The notes under the pieces are model-generated. The model made no database searches. It was not told the DNA's origin and saw only the letters and a program-made list of their open reading frames with translations. Source: an uncultured Gammaproteobacteria bacterium (lineage in GTDB: Bacteria; Pseudomonadota; Gammaproteobacteria; DRLM01). Taken from it: DNA of 64,000 nt. Both the position numbers and the translations under genes were made by a program. Where the stretch lies: positions 4,792 through 68,791 of the forward strand of contig CAMYKQ010000015.1 of the NCBI GenBank assembly GCA_947259075.1. Reading direction: 5' to 3'. Below, in pieces: positions 1 through 8,868 of the stretch (positions within the stretch are counted from its first letter, which is position 1; the number at the start of each line of letters is the position of its first letter).

Positions 1-1
1 G

Positions 2-610
2 GTGTTGTTCGGGCTCACGCCCCTGGTGACGGGGGTATTGGCGATGGCATGGCTGGGTGAGCGTAGTTTTACGCCCGCCAAAGTCGCGGGTATGAGCGCG
101 GGCTTGGCGGGGCTGGTGATCATTTTCGGCGCCGATAGCGCGAGCTACGGGCCGCTTGCGGTGCAGGGCATCGTTGCGGTGTTGCTGTCGGTGACGCTGC
201 ATTCCATCAGCAGTGTATGCGTGAAACGGATCGGTACGGAGCTCCCGGCCTTGGCGGTGGCGGCCGGGGGTTTGCTAGTGGCGGCGCCGCTGTATCTGGC
301 GACGTGGTGGCTGTTCGATGGCGCGATGCCGCGGGCCTTGCCGTCGCGCGCCGCCTTGTCGATCGTGTATCTCGGTTTGGTGGGCTCGGTGATCGGCTTC
401 GTGCTGTATTACTACGCGCTGAAGTATCTCAGCGCGGGCAAGCTGGCCTTGATTACCTTGATGACGCCGGTGACCGCACTATTACTCGGCCGCGTGTTTA
501 ATGATGAGCGTATCGGACAGGAGGTATGGGTCGGCACGGCGGTGATTCTGCTGGGATTGGCGTTGTATCAGCGTGAAGCCGCGCCGCGTGCCGCGGCCTC
601 GGGTGATTAA
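2..610 (+). CDS. EamA/DMT-family transporter, C-terminal part (gene starts left of the window)
   Basis: Polytopic hydrophobic sequence with the EamA-like repeat pattern (LVGSVIGFVLYYYALKYLSAGKLALITLMTPV). The ORF runs off the 5' edge. Confidence 0.7.
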   Translation: MLFGLTPLVTGVLAMAWLGERSFTPAKVAGMSAGLAGLVIIFGADSASYGPLAVQGIVAVLLSVTLHSISSVCVKRIGTELPALAVAAGGLLVAAPLYLATWWLFDGAMPRALPSRAALSIVYLGLVGSVIGFVLYYYALKYLSAGKLALITLMTPVTALLLGRVFNDERIGQEVWVGTAVILLGLALYQREAAPRAAASGD

Positions 611-613
611 AGG

Positions 614-1894
614 ATGCGCGCGGGTTTCGCGTTGAAGGCCGGGGTCAATGACTTTATACTCCGGGCACACCTCAATTTCGGAGCGCGCGCCTTGGTTAAT
701 TCCCTCACGCCAGCGATTATTAAATCCTTCAATCCTACCGTGCGCACCTTGATGGGGCCCGGTCCGTCGGACGTGCATCCGCGCGTGCTTGCGGCCATGG
801 CGCGGCCCACTATCGGCCATCTCGATCCGTTGTTCGTGCAGATGATGGACGAGATGAAGCAGATGTTGCAGTACGCCTTTCAAACCCGCAACGCCCTCAC
901 CATTCCGGTGTCGGCGCCGGGTTCGGCGGGCATGGAGGCCTGCTTCGTCAATTTGATCGAGCCGGGCAAGAAGGTGGTGGTGTGTCAAAACGGCGTGTTC
1001 GGCGGACGCATGAAGGAAAACGTGGAGCGTTGCGGCGCGCGCGCGGTGATGGTGGAAGACGCCTGGGGCGCGCCGGTGGATCCGCAAAAGTTGGAGGACA
1101 CGCTCAAGGCGCATCCCGACGCCAAACTGGTGGCCTTCGTGCAGGCCGAGACCTCGACCGGCGCGCAGTCGGATGTAAAGCAGTTGACCGAGATCGCGCG
1201 CCGCCACGAGTGCCTCACTATTGTTGACGCGGTGACTTCGCTCGGCGGCACGCCGCTGAAGGTGGACGAATGGGGCGTGGACGCGGTGTATTCCGGCAGC
1301 CAAAAATGCCTGTCGTGCACGCCCGGTTTGTCGCCGGTGAGTTTCAGCGAGCACGCGGTCGAACGCATCAAGGCGCGCAAGAGTAAAGTGCAAAGCTGGT
1401 TTCTGGATTTGAATCTGGTGATGGGCTATTGGGGCGGCGGCAAGCGCGCCTATCATCACACCGCGCCCATCAACGCCCTTTACGGTTTGCACGAGGCCTT
1501 GGTGATGTTGCAAGAGGAAGGTTTGGAGGCCGCGTGGGCGCGGCACCGGCGTAATCATTTGGCGCTGCGCGCGGGCCTCGAGGCCATGGGGCTGAGCTTC
1601 GTGGTGGCGGAGGCCCATCGTTTGCCGCAGCTCAACACCGTCACCGTGCCCGAGGGTGTGGATGAGGCGGAGGTGCGCCGCCGCTTGTTGGGCGAATTCA
1701 ATTTGGAGATTGGCGCCGGTTTGGGCGGCTTAGCCGGTAAGGTGTGGCGCATCGGTTTGATGGGCTACGCCAGCCGCGCGCAGAATGTGATGTTCTGTCT
1801 TGCGGCGCTGGAAAAAGTGTTGTGTGACCTCAAAGCCCCCATCGCGCGGGGTGTGGCACAGGGTGCGGCGGGCGCCGCTTTGGCCGCGGACTGA
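614..1894 (+). CDS. Class V pyridoxal-phosphate aminotransferase (alanine/serine-glyoxylate aminotransferase family)
   Basis: LMGPGPSDVHPRVL N-terminal signature and SGSQKCL PLP-lysine motif. The start is uncertain: ATG 614, or TTG 692 preceded by GGAG-N8, or ATG 752. Confidence 0.85.
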   Translation: MRAGFALKAGVNDFILRAHLNFGARALVNSLTPAIIKSFNPTVRTLMGPGPSDVHPRVLAAMARPTIGHLDPLFVQMMDEMKQMLQYAFQTRNALTIPVSAPGSAGMEACFVNLIEPGKKVVVCQNGVFGGRMKENVERCGARAVMVEDAWGAPVDPQKLEDTLKAHPDAKLVAFVQAETSTGAQSDVKQLTEIARRHECLTIVDAVTSLGGTPLKVDEWGVDAVYSGSQKCLSCTPGLSPVSFSEHAVERIKARKSKVQSWFLDLNLVMGYWGGGKRAYHHTAPINALYGLHEALVMLQEEGLEAAWARHRRNHLALRAGLEAMGLSFVVAEAHRLPQLNTVTVPEGVDEAEVRRRLLGEFNLEIGAGLGGLAGKVWRIGLMGYASRAQNVMFCLAALEKVLCDLKAPIARGVAQGAAGAALAAD

Positions 1895-1900
1895 CCTCGC

Positions 1901-1920
1901 GGGTCAGAAGCTGACCCTTT
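1901..1920 (+). terminator. Candidate intrinsic terminator after the aminotransferase gene
   Basis: GGGTCAG-AAG-CTGACCC 7-bp stem followed by TTT. It begins 7 nt after the stop codon. Confidence 0.45.
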
Positions 1921-2046
1921 AGGTCAGTTTGGGGTTGCGCCCTATGTGACTTTGGCCACATGGCGGCTGGGACGCCTTTATCAATTTATATCGCCGCCGG
2001 GTTCGATGCGCGGGTAATGCATTGAACCGCATGCCAGAATTATTTT

Positions 2047-2063
2047 TTGGCATGTTGAGTGCT
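2047..2063 (+). promoter_or_regulatory. Candidate sigma-54 (-24/-12) promoter
   Basis: TTGGCATGTTGAGTGCT compared with YTGGCACG-N4-TTGCW. GG and GC are at the canonical spacing. It lies about 77 nt upstream of the ATG at 2140. Confidence 0.4.
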
Positions 2064-2139
2064 GGATGTATCTCGTGGGTTAGAAATGGCAGCCACCAAA
2101 TGCAAGGCCGCGAGAGAAACCCGCGAGGAGGTTAAAACC

Positions 2140-2481
2140 ATGAGACAAACGATGACTCAAGACGATCTTTCCCGGATGGCGCTGGCTTATCAAGGCACGG
2201 GCGCCGTGAGTGCGGAAAACCGCGGATTTGGTTTTAGGCCCGGTTTTTTCGACCGGGACAGCGGCCGGTTTCTCCTGGCGCGCGACGCCGATGGTTTGCC
2301 GGCGAGCGTGCATCGCTTCGATGGATTGCCTGATGAGTGGGTAGTGGACCGCGATGGCGCGGGTTCTCCGCTGGCGGTGAAGCCGTCGGTGGTGCCCGGC
2401 TTCATCCGCGACGGCGCCTTCTTCACCCGCGAACAGGCGGCGCAGCTGGTGCAGTGGGAATTAGATAAATTGGCGAGCTGA
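2140..2481 (+). CDS. Hypothetical protein (113 aa)
   Basis: ATG 2140 is preceded by GAGGAGG. The longer track ORF (2059) lacks an RBS. I recognise no family. Confidence 0.5.
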   Translation: MRQTMTQDDLSRMALAYQGTGAVSAENRGFGFRPGFFDRDSGRFLLARDADGLPASVHRFDGLPDEWVVDRDGAGSPLAVKPSVVPGFIRDGAFFTREQAAQLVQWELDKLAS

Positions 2482-2500
2482 GCCGCTCGCCGCCGCTTTA

Positions 2501-2884
2501 TTAGTGCAGGGTTCGCGGCACGGATAAGGTGAATAATGGAATATCCGCGTCGAATTGGTTGCCGTCGTCGCCCAGCATTTGATATGAACCCCGCATGGTG
2601 CCCACCGCGGTATCGATGACCGCCCCGCTGGTGTATTGAAACGCCTCGCCCGGCCGCAGATAGGGCTGTTCCCCCACCACGCCTTGGCCACGCACTTCTT
2701 GGGTTTTGCCGTTGGCATCGGTGATGATCCAATGCCGTGAGATGAGTTTGGCCGGCACCCGGCCCAAGTTTTGGATGTTCACCGTGTAGGCGAACACGAA
2801 GCGGTTTTCGTCGGGTAGCGATTGCTCCGCGATATAGAACGGCTCAACTAAGACTTTGATGATGTTGGAGGAGTCGCTGTTCAT
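2501..2884 (-). CDS. apaG: ApaG (DUF525) protein
   Basis: Full-length match to the ApaG pattern (FVFAYTVNIQNLG...RHWIITDANGK...VRGQGVVGEQP.L.PGE.F.YTSG). Confidence 0.9.
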   Translation of the reverse strand: MNSDSSNIIKVLVEPFYIAEQSLPDENRFVFAYTVNIQNLGRVPAKLISRHWIITDANGKTQEVRGQGVVGEQPYLRPGEAFQYTSGAVIDTAVGTMRGSYQMLGDDGNQFDADIPLFTLSVPRTLH

Positions 2885-2992
2885 ATTATAAATACCATTT
2901 CATGGGCTTGTGACACGACGGGGATGGTCTGCCGGGGCGTAAGTAATGGTGAAAAGTCTAGCACAGGGGTCAAACCCTGTCCTGGGGACAGG

Positions 2993-5287
2993 TTATTTGG
3001 CGGCGACTTTGCGCACTTGCGCGAGGTCGGTCTGGCCTTTGAACATCTTGGTGATGCCGTCCTGCATCAAGGTGCGCATGCCCTCTTTCATGGAGAGGTT
3101 CTGCAGCTCTTCGGCCGTGCCCTTGTGATAAATGAGGTCTTTGATGCCGCGGCTGGACACCAATAATTCATGGATGCCGGTGCGTCCGCGATAGCCGGTG
3201 CCGTCGCAGGCGGGGCAGCCCACGGCTTTATAGAGGGTGGCCTTGGCCGGGTCGGGACAGATTTCGGCGAAATGTTCCTCGCCGTAATAGCGGCGGATCA
3301 GGGTCAGCTCGTCTTCGTCGGGGTGATAGGTGGTTTTGCATTTTTCGCAGAGAGTGCGCACCAAGCGTTGCGCCATCACCCCTAAAAACGCATCGGAAAA
3401 ACTGATGGGATCGATGCCCAAATCCAGCAGGCGCGTGATGGTTTCCGAGGCGGAGTTGGTATGCAAGGTGGAGAACACCAAGTGACCGGTGAGCGAGGCC
3501 TCGACCCCGGCCTCGGCGGTTTCTTGATCGCGCATCTCGCCGATCATAATCACGTCGGGATCGGCGCGCAGAAATGATCGCAATGCCGTCGCGAAATTTA
3601 GCCCCGCCTTATTATTCATCTGTACTTGCTGCAGGCCCGCTTGAGTGATTTCCACCGGGTCTTCCGCGGTCCAGATTTTACGCTCCGGCGTGTTGATGTG
3701 CGCCAGGATGGCGTGCAAGGTGGTGGTCTTGCCCGAGCCGGTGGGGCCCACCACGAGAAAAATACCGTGGGGATGCTCCACCAGTGACTTGGTCTCGTTG
3801 AGATTGCGCTCGGAAAAATTGAGCTGTTCCAGCGGCGGTGGTTTGTTGGAGGCGAGGATGCGCATGACCACCGATTCGCCGTTGACGGTGGGAATGGTGG
3901 CGACGCGCAGCTCGACGGGTTTGCCTTTAATCTTCACCACGCATTTGCCGTCTTGCGGACGGCGGCGGTCGGAGATGTCCATGCCCGCGGTGATCTTGAT
4001 GCGTGAAACCACGGCGCGGATGTGGCTCGCCGGAATGGTGAGGCTGCGCTGGCACTGGCCGTCGACGCGGATACGCACCGAGGAGGACACCTTGCCTTTG
4101 CCGGGTTCGATATGAATGTCCGAGGCGCGGGCGTTGTAGGATTCACGGATCAGTTGATTCACTAGCTGAATGACCGTGGCTTCGTTTTCATCAACCGCTT
4201 CCACGTCATCGTCGCTGACGCTTTCAATGCCTTCTTCATTGAGGCGATCCACCAATTCATTGATGTCCACCTTGCCTTCGATATTGACCGGGGTTTCGCC
4301 GAGAAATTGCTTGATGTCCTCCGGCAGCGCGACTTTAAAGACATAATTACGCGCGCGCAGCACCCGCTGAATTTCAACGATGCGGCGGTCATCGGTGGGG
4401 TCGTCAATCAGCACCACCACTTCATTGCGGTCGCCCTGAATCGGTACCCAGCATTCTTTCTTGAGATAAGCCTCGTTGATGCCCTTGAGTAATTCCTTGG
4501 GAATTTCGATCTCCGGATCGAAGCCCATGTACGGTACTTGATAATAACGTTCCAGCGAACCGCCGATTTCCGCGGCGCTGAGATTGGCCTCGGTGAGCAG
4601 TAAGTGGGTGACCGAAATACCCTCGCGCGGCGCGCGCTGTTTGAATTCATCGATGCGTTGCTGGGTGATCTTGTCCGATTGCACTAGGTATTCGTAAGGG
4701 TCGCGGGTGCCGCCGAGTTCGTAGCGGAACTGGTTGCCGAGAAAAAAACCGAGCTTAATCGTGTTGCGCAGTTCCGAGTCGGCGAAGGCGCCGCCGTCGC
4801 GGCGGTTGAGCACTTGAATCACGCCGAACAGCACATCTTTGGATTTGATCGGCACCACGATCATCGATTGAGTGCGGAAACCGCTTTTTAAATCGTAGGA
4901 TTTATCAAAGCGCAGATTGGGGTGGATGTTAGTGAGCTCTTCGGCGTTGTAGACGTCGGCGATGCGTACCGGCTTCTGATTGAGGCCCACGTAACCGGCG
5001 ATGGAAGACGTCGATAGCGCGACACGGATCTCTTTGATCTCATCGCCGCTTTTATATTTGGAAACCAGAGCCGGTTCGGTGCGTGAGCGTTGATAGATAG
5101 TGATGCGTTCGGCGTTGAGCAGGGAGAGCAGGTCACCCTCGATCTCCGGCATCACCTCGCGGAAATTAGCCGCTTCCTGGATGCGTTGAATAACCGTGTT
5201 GAGCCGGACTTGAAACTCCAGCTGGCGCTTGAGTTGCTCCGGGTTGGGTTTTTTTTGCGGATCGCCGCTTAAATCATTCATGCTCAT
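2993..5287 (-). CDS. GspE/PilB-family secretion ATPase with an N-terminal GAF domain
   Basis: GAF-like N-terminus, T2SSE_N region, Walker A GPTGSGKTTT, Asp/His boxes, and a C-terminal tetracysteine (CEKC...CPAC). Confidence 0.85.
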   Translation of the reverse strand: MSMNDLSGDPQKKPNPEQLKRQLEFQVRLNTVIQRIQEAANFREVMPEIEGDLLSLLNAERITIYQRSRTEPALVSKYKSGDEIKEIRVALSTSSIAGYVGLNQKPVRIADVYNAEELTNIHPNLRFDKSYDLKSGFRTQSMIVVPIKSKDVLFGVIQVLNRRDGGAFADSELRNTIKLGFFLGNQFRYELGGTRDPYEYLVQSDKITQQRIDEFKQRAPREGISVTHLLLTEANLSAAEIGGSLERYYQVPYMGFDPEIEIPKELLKGINEAYLKKECWVPIQGDRNEVVVLIDDPTDDRRIVEIQRVLRARNYVFKVALPEDIKQFLGETPVNIEGKVDINELVDRLNEEGIESVSDDDVEAVDENEATVIQLVNQLIRESYNARASDIHIEPGKGKVSSSVRIRVDGQCQRSLTIPASHIRAVVSRIKITAGMDISDRRRPQDGKCVVKIKGKPVELRVATIPTVNGESVVMRILASNKPPPLEQLNFSERNLNETKSLVEHPHGIFLVVGPTGSGKTTTLHAILAHINTPERKIWTAEDPVEITQAGLQQVQMNNKAGLNFATALRSFLRADPDVIMIGEMRDQETAEAGVEASLTGHLVFSTLHTNSASETITRLLDLGIDPISFSDAFLGVMAQRLVRTLCEKCKTTYHPDEDELTLIRRYYGEEHFAEICPDPAKATLYKAVGCPACDGTGYRGRTGIHELLVSSRGIKDLIYHKGTAEELQNLSMKEGMRTLMQDGITKMFKGQTDLAQVRKVAAK

Positions 5288-5649
5288 CGTTAGCCGTGTC
5301 CGTATCGAGCGCGAGCACTATATCGAAGTCGCCTTGCACGGGATGTCTCAATTCGCGGGCAAGGTTCACGGTGTTCGAGCCAGGCTATAAGGTGACGGCG
5401 CGTACCCCCGCCGCCCCCAGTCAAGCGACGGCTAGTCCGTCACCGTTTCCACGGCTTGTATCGACATGGCAGGGGAATGCTTGAACGCAATGACGTCAGA
5501 GTCCGCCGGGTCCGTGCCGTGGCGACGGGTATCCCAGCGGCGCATTAACGCATTGAACCGGACTGAAAAATTTGTAACACTGCCAAGACTTGGCGCGAAC
5601 CGCGCCGCACAACCGCCAACCCCTTTCCGGGGGCACGCGCAAGGCGCTT

Positions 5650-7005
5650 ATGCTCGATCCAGTTATCAAGCACCTCCGCGATATATATATGCGGACGATT
5701 TGGGGGGTGGACCTCCAGGGGCTGGCGTGGCCGCGCCGCGCCGCGGTCAAGGCCGTGCGGGTGGCGCACAATCTCGCTATCGAGCTCGCCGAAGGTCATT
5801 TGACCTTGCGTGCCATGAGTTTGGTCTACACCACCTTATTGTCCCTGGTGCCCTTGCTGGCGGTGAGTTTTTCGATGCTCAAGGCCTTCGGCGTGCATAA
5901 CCAGATCGAGCCCTTGTTGTTCAATCTTCTCGCGCCCCTCGGTGAGAAGGGAGTGGAGTTCACCGCGCGCATCATCGATTTCGTGGATAACGTCAAGGTC
6001 GGCGTGCTGGGTTCGCTGGGCTTGGCGATGCTGATCTACACCGTGGTGTCCTTGGTGCAGAAGATCGAGGGCGCATTTAACTTTATTTGGCACATCAACC
6101 GGCCGCGGCGTTTCGTGCGCCGTTTCAGCGATTATATGAGCGTGATCTTGATCGGGCCGGTGCTGGTGGTTTCGGCCTTGGGCATTACCGCGACCTTGAT
6201 GGGTACGGAGCTGGTGCAAGGTTTGGTGGCCATCGAGCCCATCGGCAGCCTGGTGCGTTTCGCCAGCCGCTTGCTGCCGTATGTGTTGATGTGTTCCGCC
6301 TTTACCTTTATTTATATTTTTATTCCCAACACGAAAGTGAATTTTTCCTCCGCCCTCACCGGGGGTTTGATCGCCGGGACGCTGTGGCAAAGTGGCGGCT
6401 GGTTCTTCGCCGCCTTCGTCGCCTCGTCCACCAAGTACACCGCCATTTACTCGGGCTTCGCGATTCTGGTCATCTTCATGATCTGGCTCTACCTCAGCTG
6501 GCTAATCGTGCTGCTCGGGGCGCAGATCGCTTACTATCATCAGCACCCCGCCTTGTTGCGCGCGCGCTACGGCACGGGGCGCTTGAGCAATCAGGGCCGC
6601 GAACGATTGGCGATCATGTTGATGATGATGGTCGGCTATAACTACTACTACAATCGCGGTCCGTGGACCGTGGATCATTTGACGCGGGAGCTGGCCGTGC
6701 CGCCGCAAGCCTTGCAGTATGTGCTGGGTATTTTGGAGCGCCATGGTTTTATCAGCCAGTCCAATGACGAGCCCCCCGGCTATTATCCGGCGCGGGATAT
6801 CGAGACTATCACGCTGCGTCAATTGCTGGATGCAACCCGTCATGCCGATGATTCGGTATATGATGCGTTGCGCATCCGCCCCGAGCGCGCGCAAGTGGAT
6901 GCGGTGATGCAGCGTGTCGATGCGGCGATCGGCGATGCGCTGGCCGAACAAACCATCAAGGATCTGGTGCTGGCCCAGCCGCGGCCGGATGAGAGTAAAG
7001 GCTGA
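5650..7005 (+). CDS. YihY/BrkB-family inner-membrane protein with a C-terminal soluble (winged-helix-like) extension
   Basis: Six-TM YihY pattern (LRAMSLVYTTLLSLVPLLAV...). The start was trimmed to ATG 5650. Confidence 0.8.
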   Translation: MLDPVIKHLRDIYMRTIWGVDLQGLAWPRRAAVKAVRVAHNLAIELAEGHLTLRAMSLVYTTLLSLVPLLAVSFSMLKAFGVHNQIEPLLFNLLAPLGEKGVEFTARIIDFVDNVKVGVLGSLGLAMLIYTVVSLVQKIEGAFNFIWHINRPRRFVRRFSDYMSVILIGPVLVVSALGITATLMGTELVQGLVAIEPIGSLVRFASRLLPYVLMCSAFTFIYIFIPNTKVNFSSALTGGLIAGTLWQSGGWFFAAFVASSTKYTAIYSGFAILVIFMIWLYLSWLIVLLGAQIAYYHQHPALLRARYGTGRLSNQGRERLAIMLMMMVGYNYYYNRGPWTVDHLTRELAVPPQALQYVLGILERHGFISQSNDEPPGYYPARDIETITLRQLLDATRHADDSVYDALRIRPERAQVDAVMQRVDAAIGDALAEQTIKDLVLAQPRPDESKG

Positions 7006-7108
7006 TGCACGCGGCCGGGATCAATATTCCATTTGCCGCGCCGCTAGCAACTGGGCGGCTCCATCGGAGGCGCGCGAACGATATTGTGGTAGTGCAGCTG
7101 GGTAAGTA

Positions 7109-7426
7109 ATGAGTGATTCGAATCATCAGGCCGGGGCGGAATCTTCTCCCGCCACGGTTCCGCGAGTGGCGCTCTACACGTGGCGTAGTTGTTCTTATTG
7201 CATCGCGGCGAAGCGTTTGCTGCAGCAAAAGGGCGTGGTCTTTAGCGAATATGCGATAGACGGTGACAATGCGGCGCGCGAGGTGATGATGCAACGTGCC
7301 GGCGGACGCCGCAGCGTGCCGCAGATATTCATCGACGGCGCGCACATCGGCGGTTATATGGACCTCTATCAACTGGAGCAATCGGGCCGGCTCGATGAGC
7401 TGCTGGCCGCGGCGCCGCGGCCGTGA
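7109..7426 (+). CDS. grxC: Glutaredoxin 3
   Basis: CSYC active site and RRSVPQIFIDGAHIGGYMDL glutaredoxin core. Confidence 0.85.
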   Translation: MSDSNHQAGAESSPATVPRVALYTWRSCSYCIAAKRLLQQKGVVFSEYAIDGDNAAREVMMQRAGGRRSVPQIFIDGAHIGGYMDLYQLEQSGRLDELLAAAPRP

Positions 7427-7454
7427 ACCTTAGCCGTATCGCCGCGGCCCGGGT

Positions 7455-7641
7455 CCTAGGGGCCTGTCGGACTTGGGGCTGATCTACCGCGCCGGTGGGA
7501 GAGCGGTCCATATTTCCGCTCCTTCTCGTCAAATAGCGACGGCTCCACCCTTCGCTTCGCTCTTCCCTCGAACGATCGAAAAACTGGGCTCGCCCTCCCG
7601 CCTTGCTCGCGACGATCGCCCAAGTCCGATAGGCTCCTAGG
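7455..7641. repeat. MITE-like element or long-stem structure: 23-nt terminal inverted repeats enclosing about 141 bp
   Basis: CCTAGGGGCCTGTCGGACTTGGG (7455-7477) against CCCAAGTCCGATAGGCTCCTAGG (7619-7641). 20 of 23 positions are complementary. There is no ORF inside. Confidence 0.45.
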
Positions 7642-7695
7642 CCGTTAACCGGCGCGATACGCTACAATGAGCGCCATTTGAAGGAGGGGTCCGGC

Positions 7696-8043
7696 GTGAA
7701 AGTCACTATTTATCATAATCCGCGTTGCAGCAAATCTCGCGAGACCTTGGCCTTGCTGCGCGAGCACGGTGTCGAGCCGGCCGTCGTCGACTACCTCAAA
7801 GAACCGTTGAATGCCGCGGCGTTGAAACAGCTTTTGGCCGCGCTCAAGCTTAAGCCCCGCCAATTGCTCCGCAGCAAGGAAAAAGACTATAAGGCCCTGG
7901 GTCTGGATGATCCCGCGCTCAGTGATGCCGCCTTGATTAAGGTCATGGCCGCGCACCCGGTGCTCATCGAACGGCCCATTGTCGTGGCTGGCACTAAGGC
8001 GGTGCTGGGGCGCCCACCAGAAAATGTGCTCACTATCATTTGA
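7696..8043 (+). CDS. arsC: Arsenate reductase, glutaredoxin-coupled ArsC family
   Basis: VTIYHNPRCSKSRETL catalytic-Cys motif and HPVLIERPIVV. The GTG 7696 start follows GGAGGGG. Confidence 0.85.
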   Translation: MKVTIYHNPRCSKSRETLALLREHGVEPAVVDYLKEPLNAAALKQLLAALKLKPRQLLRSKEKDYKALGLDDPALSDAALIKVMAAHPVLIERPIVVAGTKAVLGRPPENVLTII

Positions 8044-8059
8044 AAGGCGGATAGCCGCG

Positions 8060-8563
8060 ATGAAGCAGACGTTGAATATGGTATCGATGATTTTGTGCGC
8101 GGCGGCACTGTTATTCGCCCAGGGCGCGCGCGCCGGGGAGGCGGCCGCCTATTTTGGTTTAAAGGCGGGGGTGATGCTGCCGGACCTCGCCGATCTGGAT
8201 GCGGCTTACAACGCCGGCATGCTGGTGGGTTACGGGCGCGGGCCTGTCGCCGCCGAGGCGGAGATCACCACCACGGTGTTGCCCGGCGACACCGCGTTGT
8301 CCGGCGTGCAATGGGATATCACCACCTTGGCTTTGTACGCGGTGTACCGCAGCGCCGGCGCGGTGTATGTGAAGATTAAGGGGGGCGTGTTGTACGAGCA
8401 GGTGAATTTCGACGCGGTGGGTATTTCCTTGCAAGGTAATGACAGCGGCGCGAGCCTGGGATTGGGTTTGGGTTTTAATCGCGGCGATAAAGGCCGCGTC
8501 GAGATCGAGTACGCCGTGATCGACTCCGATATTTCGCTCATCAGTCTCGCTTATCTTTTTTGA
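8060..8563 (+). CDS. Small outer-membrane beta-barrel protein
   Basis: Signal peptide (AQGARA/GE), alternating beta-strand pattern, and a C-terminal ...SLAYLF aromatic terminus. The start was trimmed to ATG 8060. Confidence 0.7.
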   Translation: MKQTLNMVSMILCAAALLFAQGARAGEAAAYFGLKAGVMLPDLADLDAAYNAGMLVGYGRGPVAAEAEITTTVLPGDTALSGVQWDITTLALYAVYRSAGAVYVKIKGGVLYEQVNFDAVGISLQGNDSGASLGLGLGFNRGDKGRVEIEYAVIDSDISLISLAYLF

Positions 8564-8644
8564 GCGCGCCATGACGCGCGGGGCGCACGTGCGTGCGCAT
8601 GATTTGATGTGTGCGTGATAAGCGCATCATCCGGTTTATATCAA

Positions 8645-8816
8645 GGAACCTGATTTATCTCAGAGGTTCCCGCGGCGCACGGATGTGCCTTCATTTTCAA
8701 TGGCTGCCGCCATTGAAAATGAAGGCAAGCGAAAATCACATTTTTCGCTTGCCGTGCTCTGAGAATTCCAGGATGGAATTATTCAGAGCGTCCTCAAGAC
8801 GCCGCGGGATGCGGCG
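8645..8816. repeat. Array of five consecutive hairpins in an intergenic region
   Basis: Stems lie at 8645-8670, 8687-8726 (perfect 18 bp with a 4-nt loop), 8724-8753 (perfect 12 bp), 8756-8789 and 8800-8816. The second and third stems share 3 nt. Confidence 0.5.
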
Positions 8817-8868
8817 GAAGTAGGTCTGGCGTTGGAAACCAGTGGCAATGCGGTGAGGTAGTCTTACG

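Noticed and set aside
482-1618. 378-aa minus-strand ORF overlapping the aminotransferase gene
   Set aside because: It is antisense to a gene with clear family motifs. The Arg/His/Gly/Ala-rich composition is typical of out-of-frame translation in GC-rich DNA.
1995-2025. GGGTTCGATGC string resembling a tRNA T-arm
   Set aside because: The flanking bases do not form a T-stem or an acceptor stem, so no cloverleaf can be drawn.
5467-5482. Sigma-54-like TGGCAGGGGAATGCTT upstream of yihY, and GGATGCCGCGGTTGCA at about 52861-52876
   Set aside because: The GG-to-GC spacing is one nucleotide off in both, and sigma-54 promoters are very intolerant of spacing changes.
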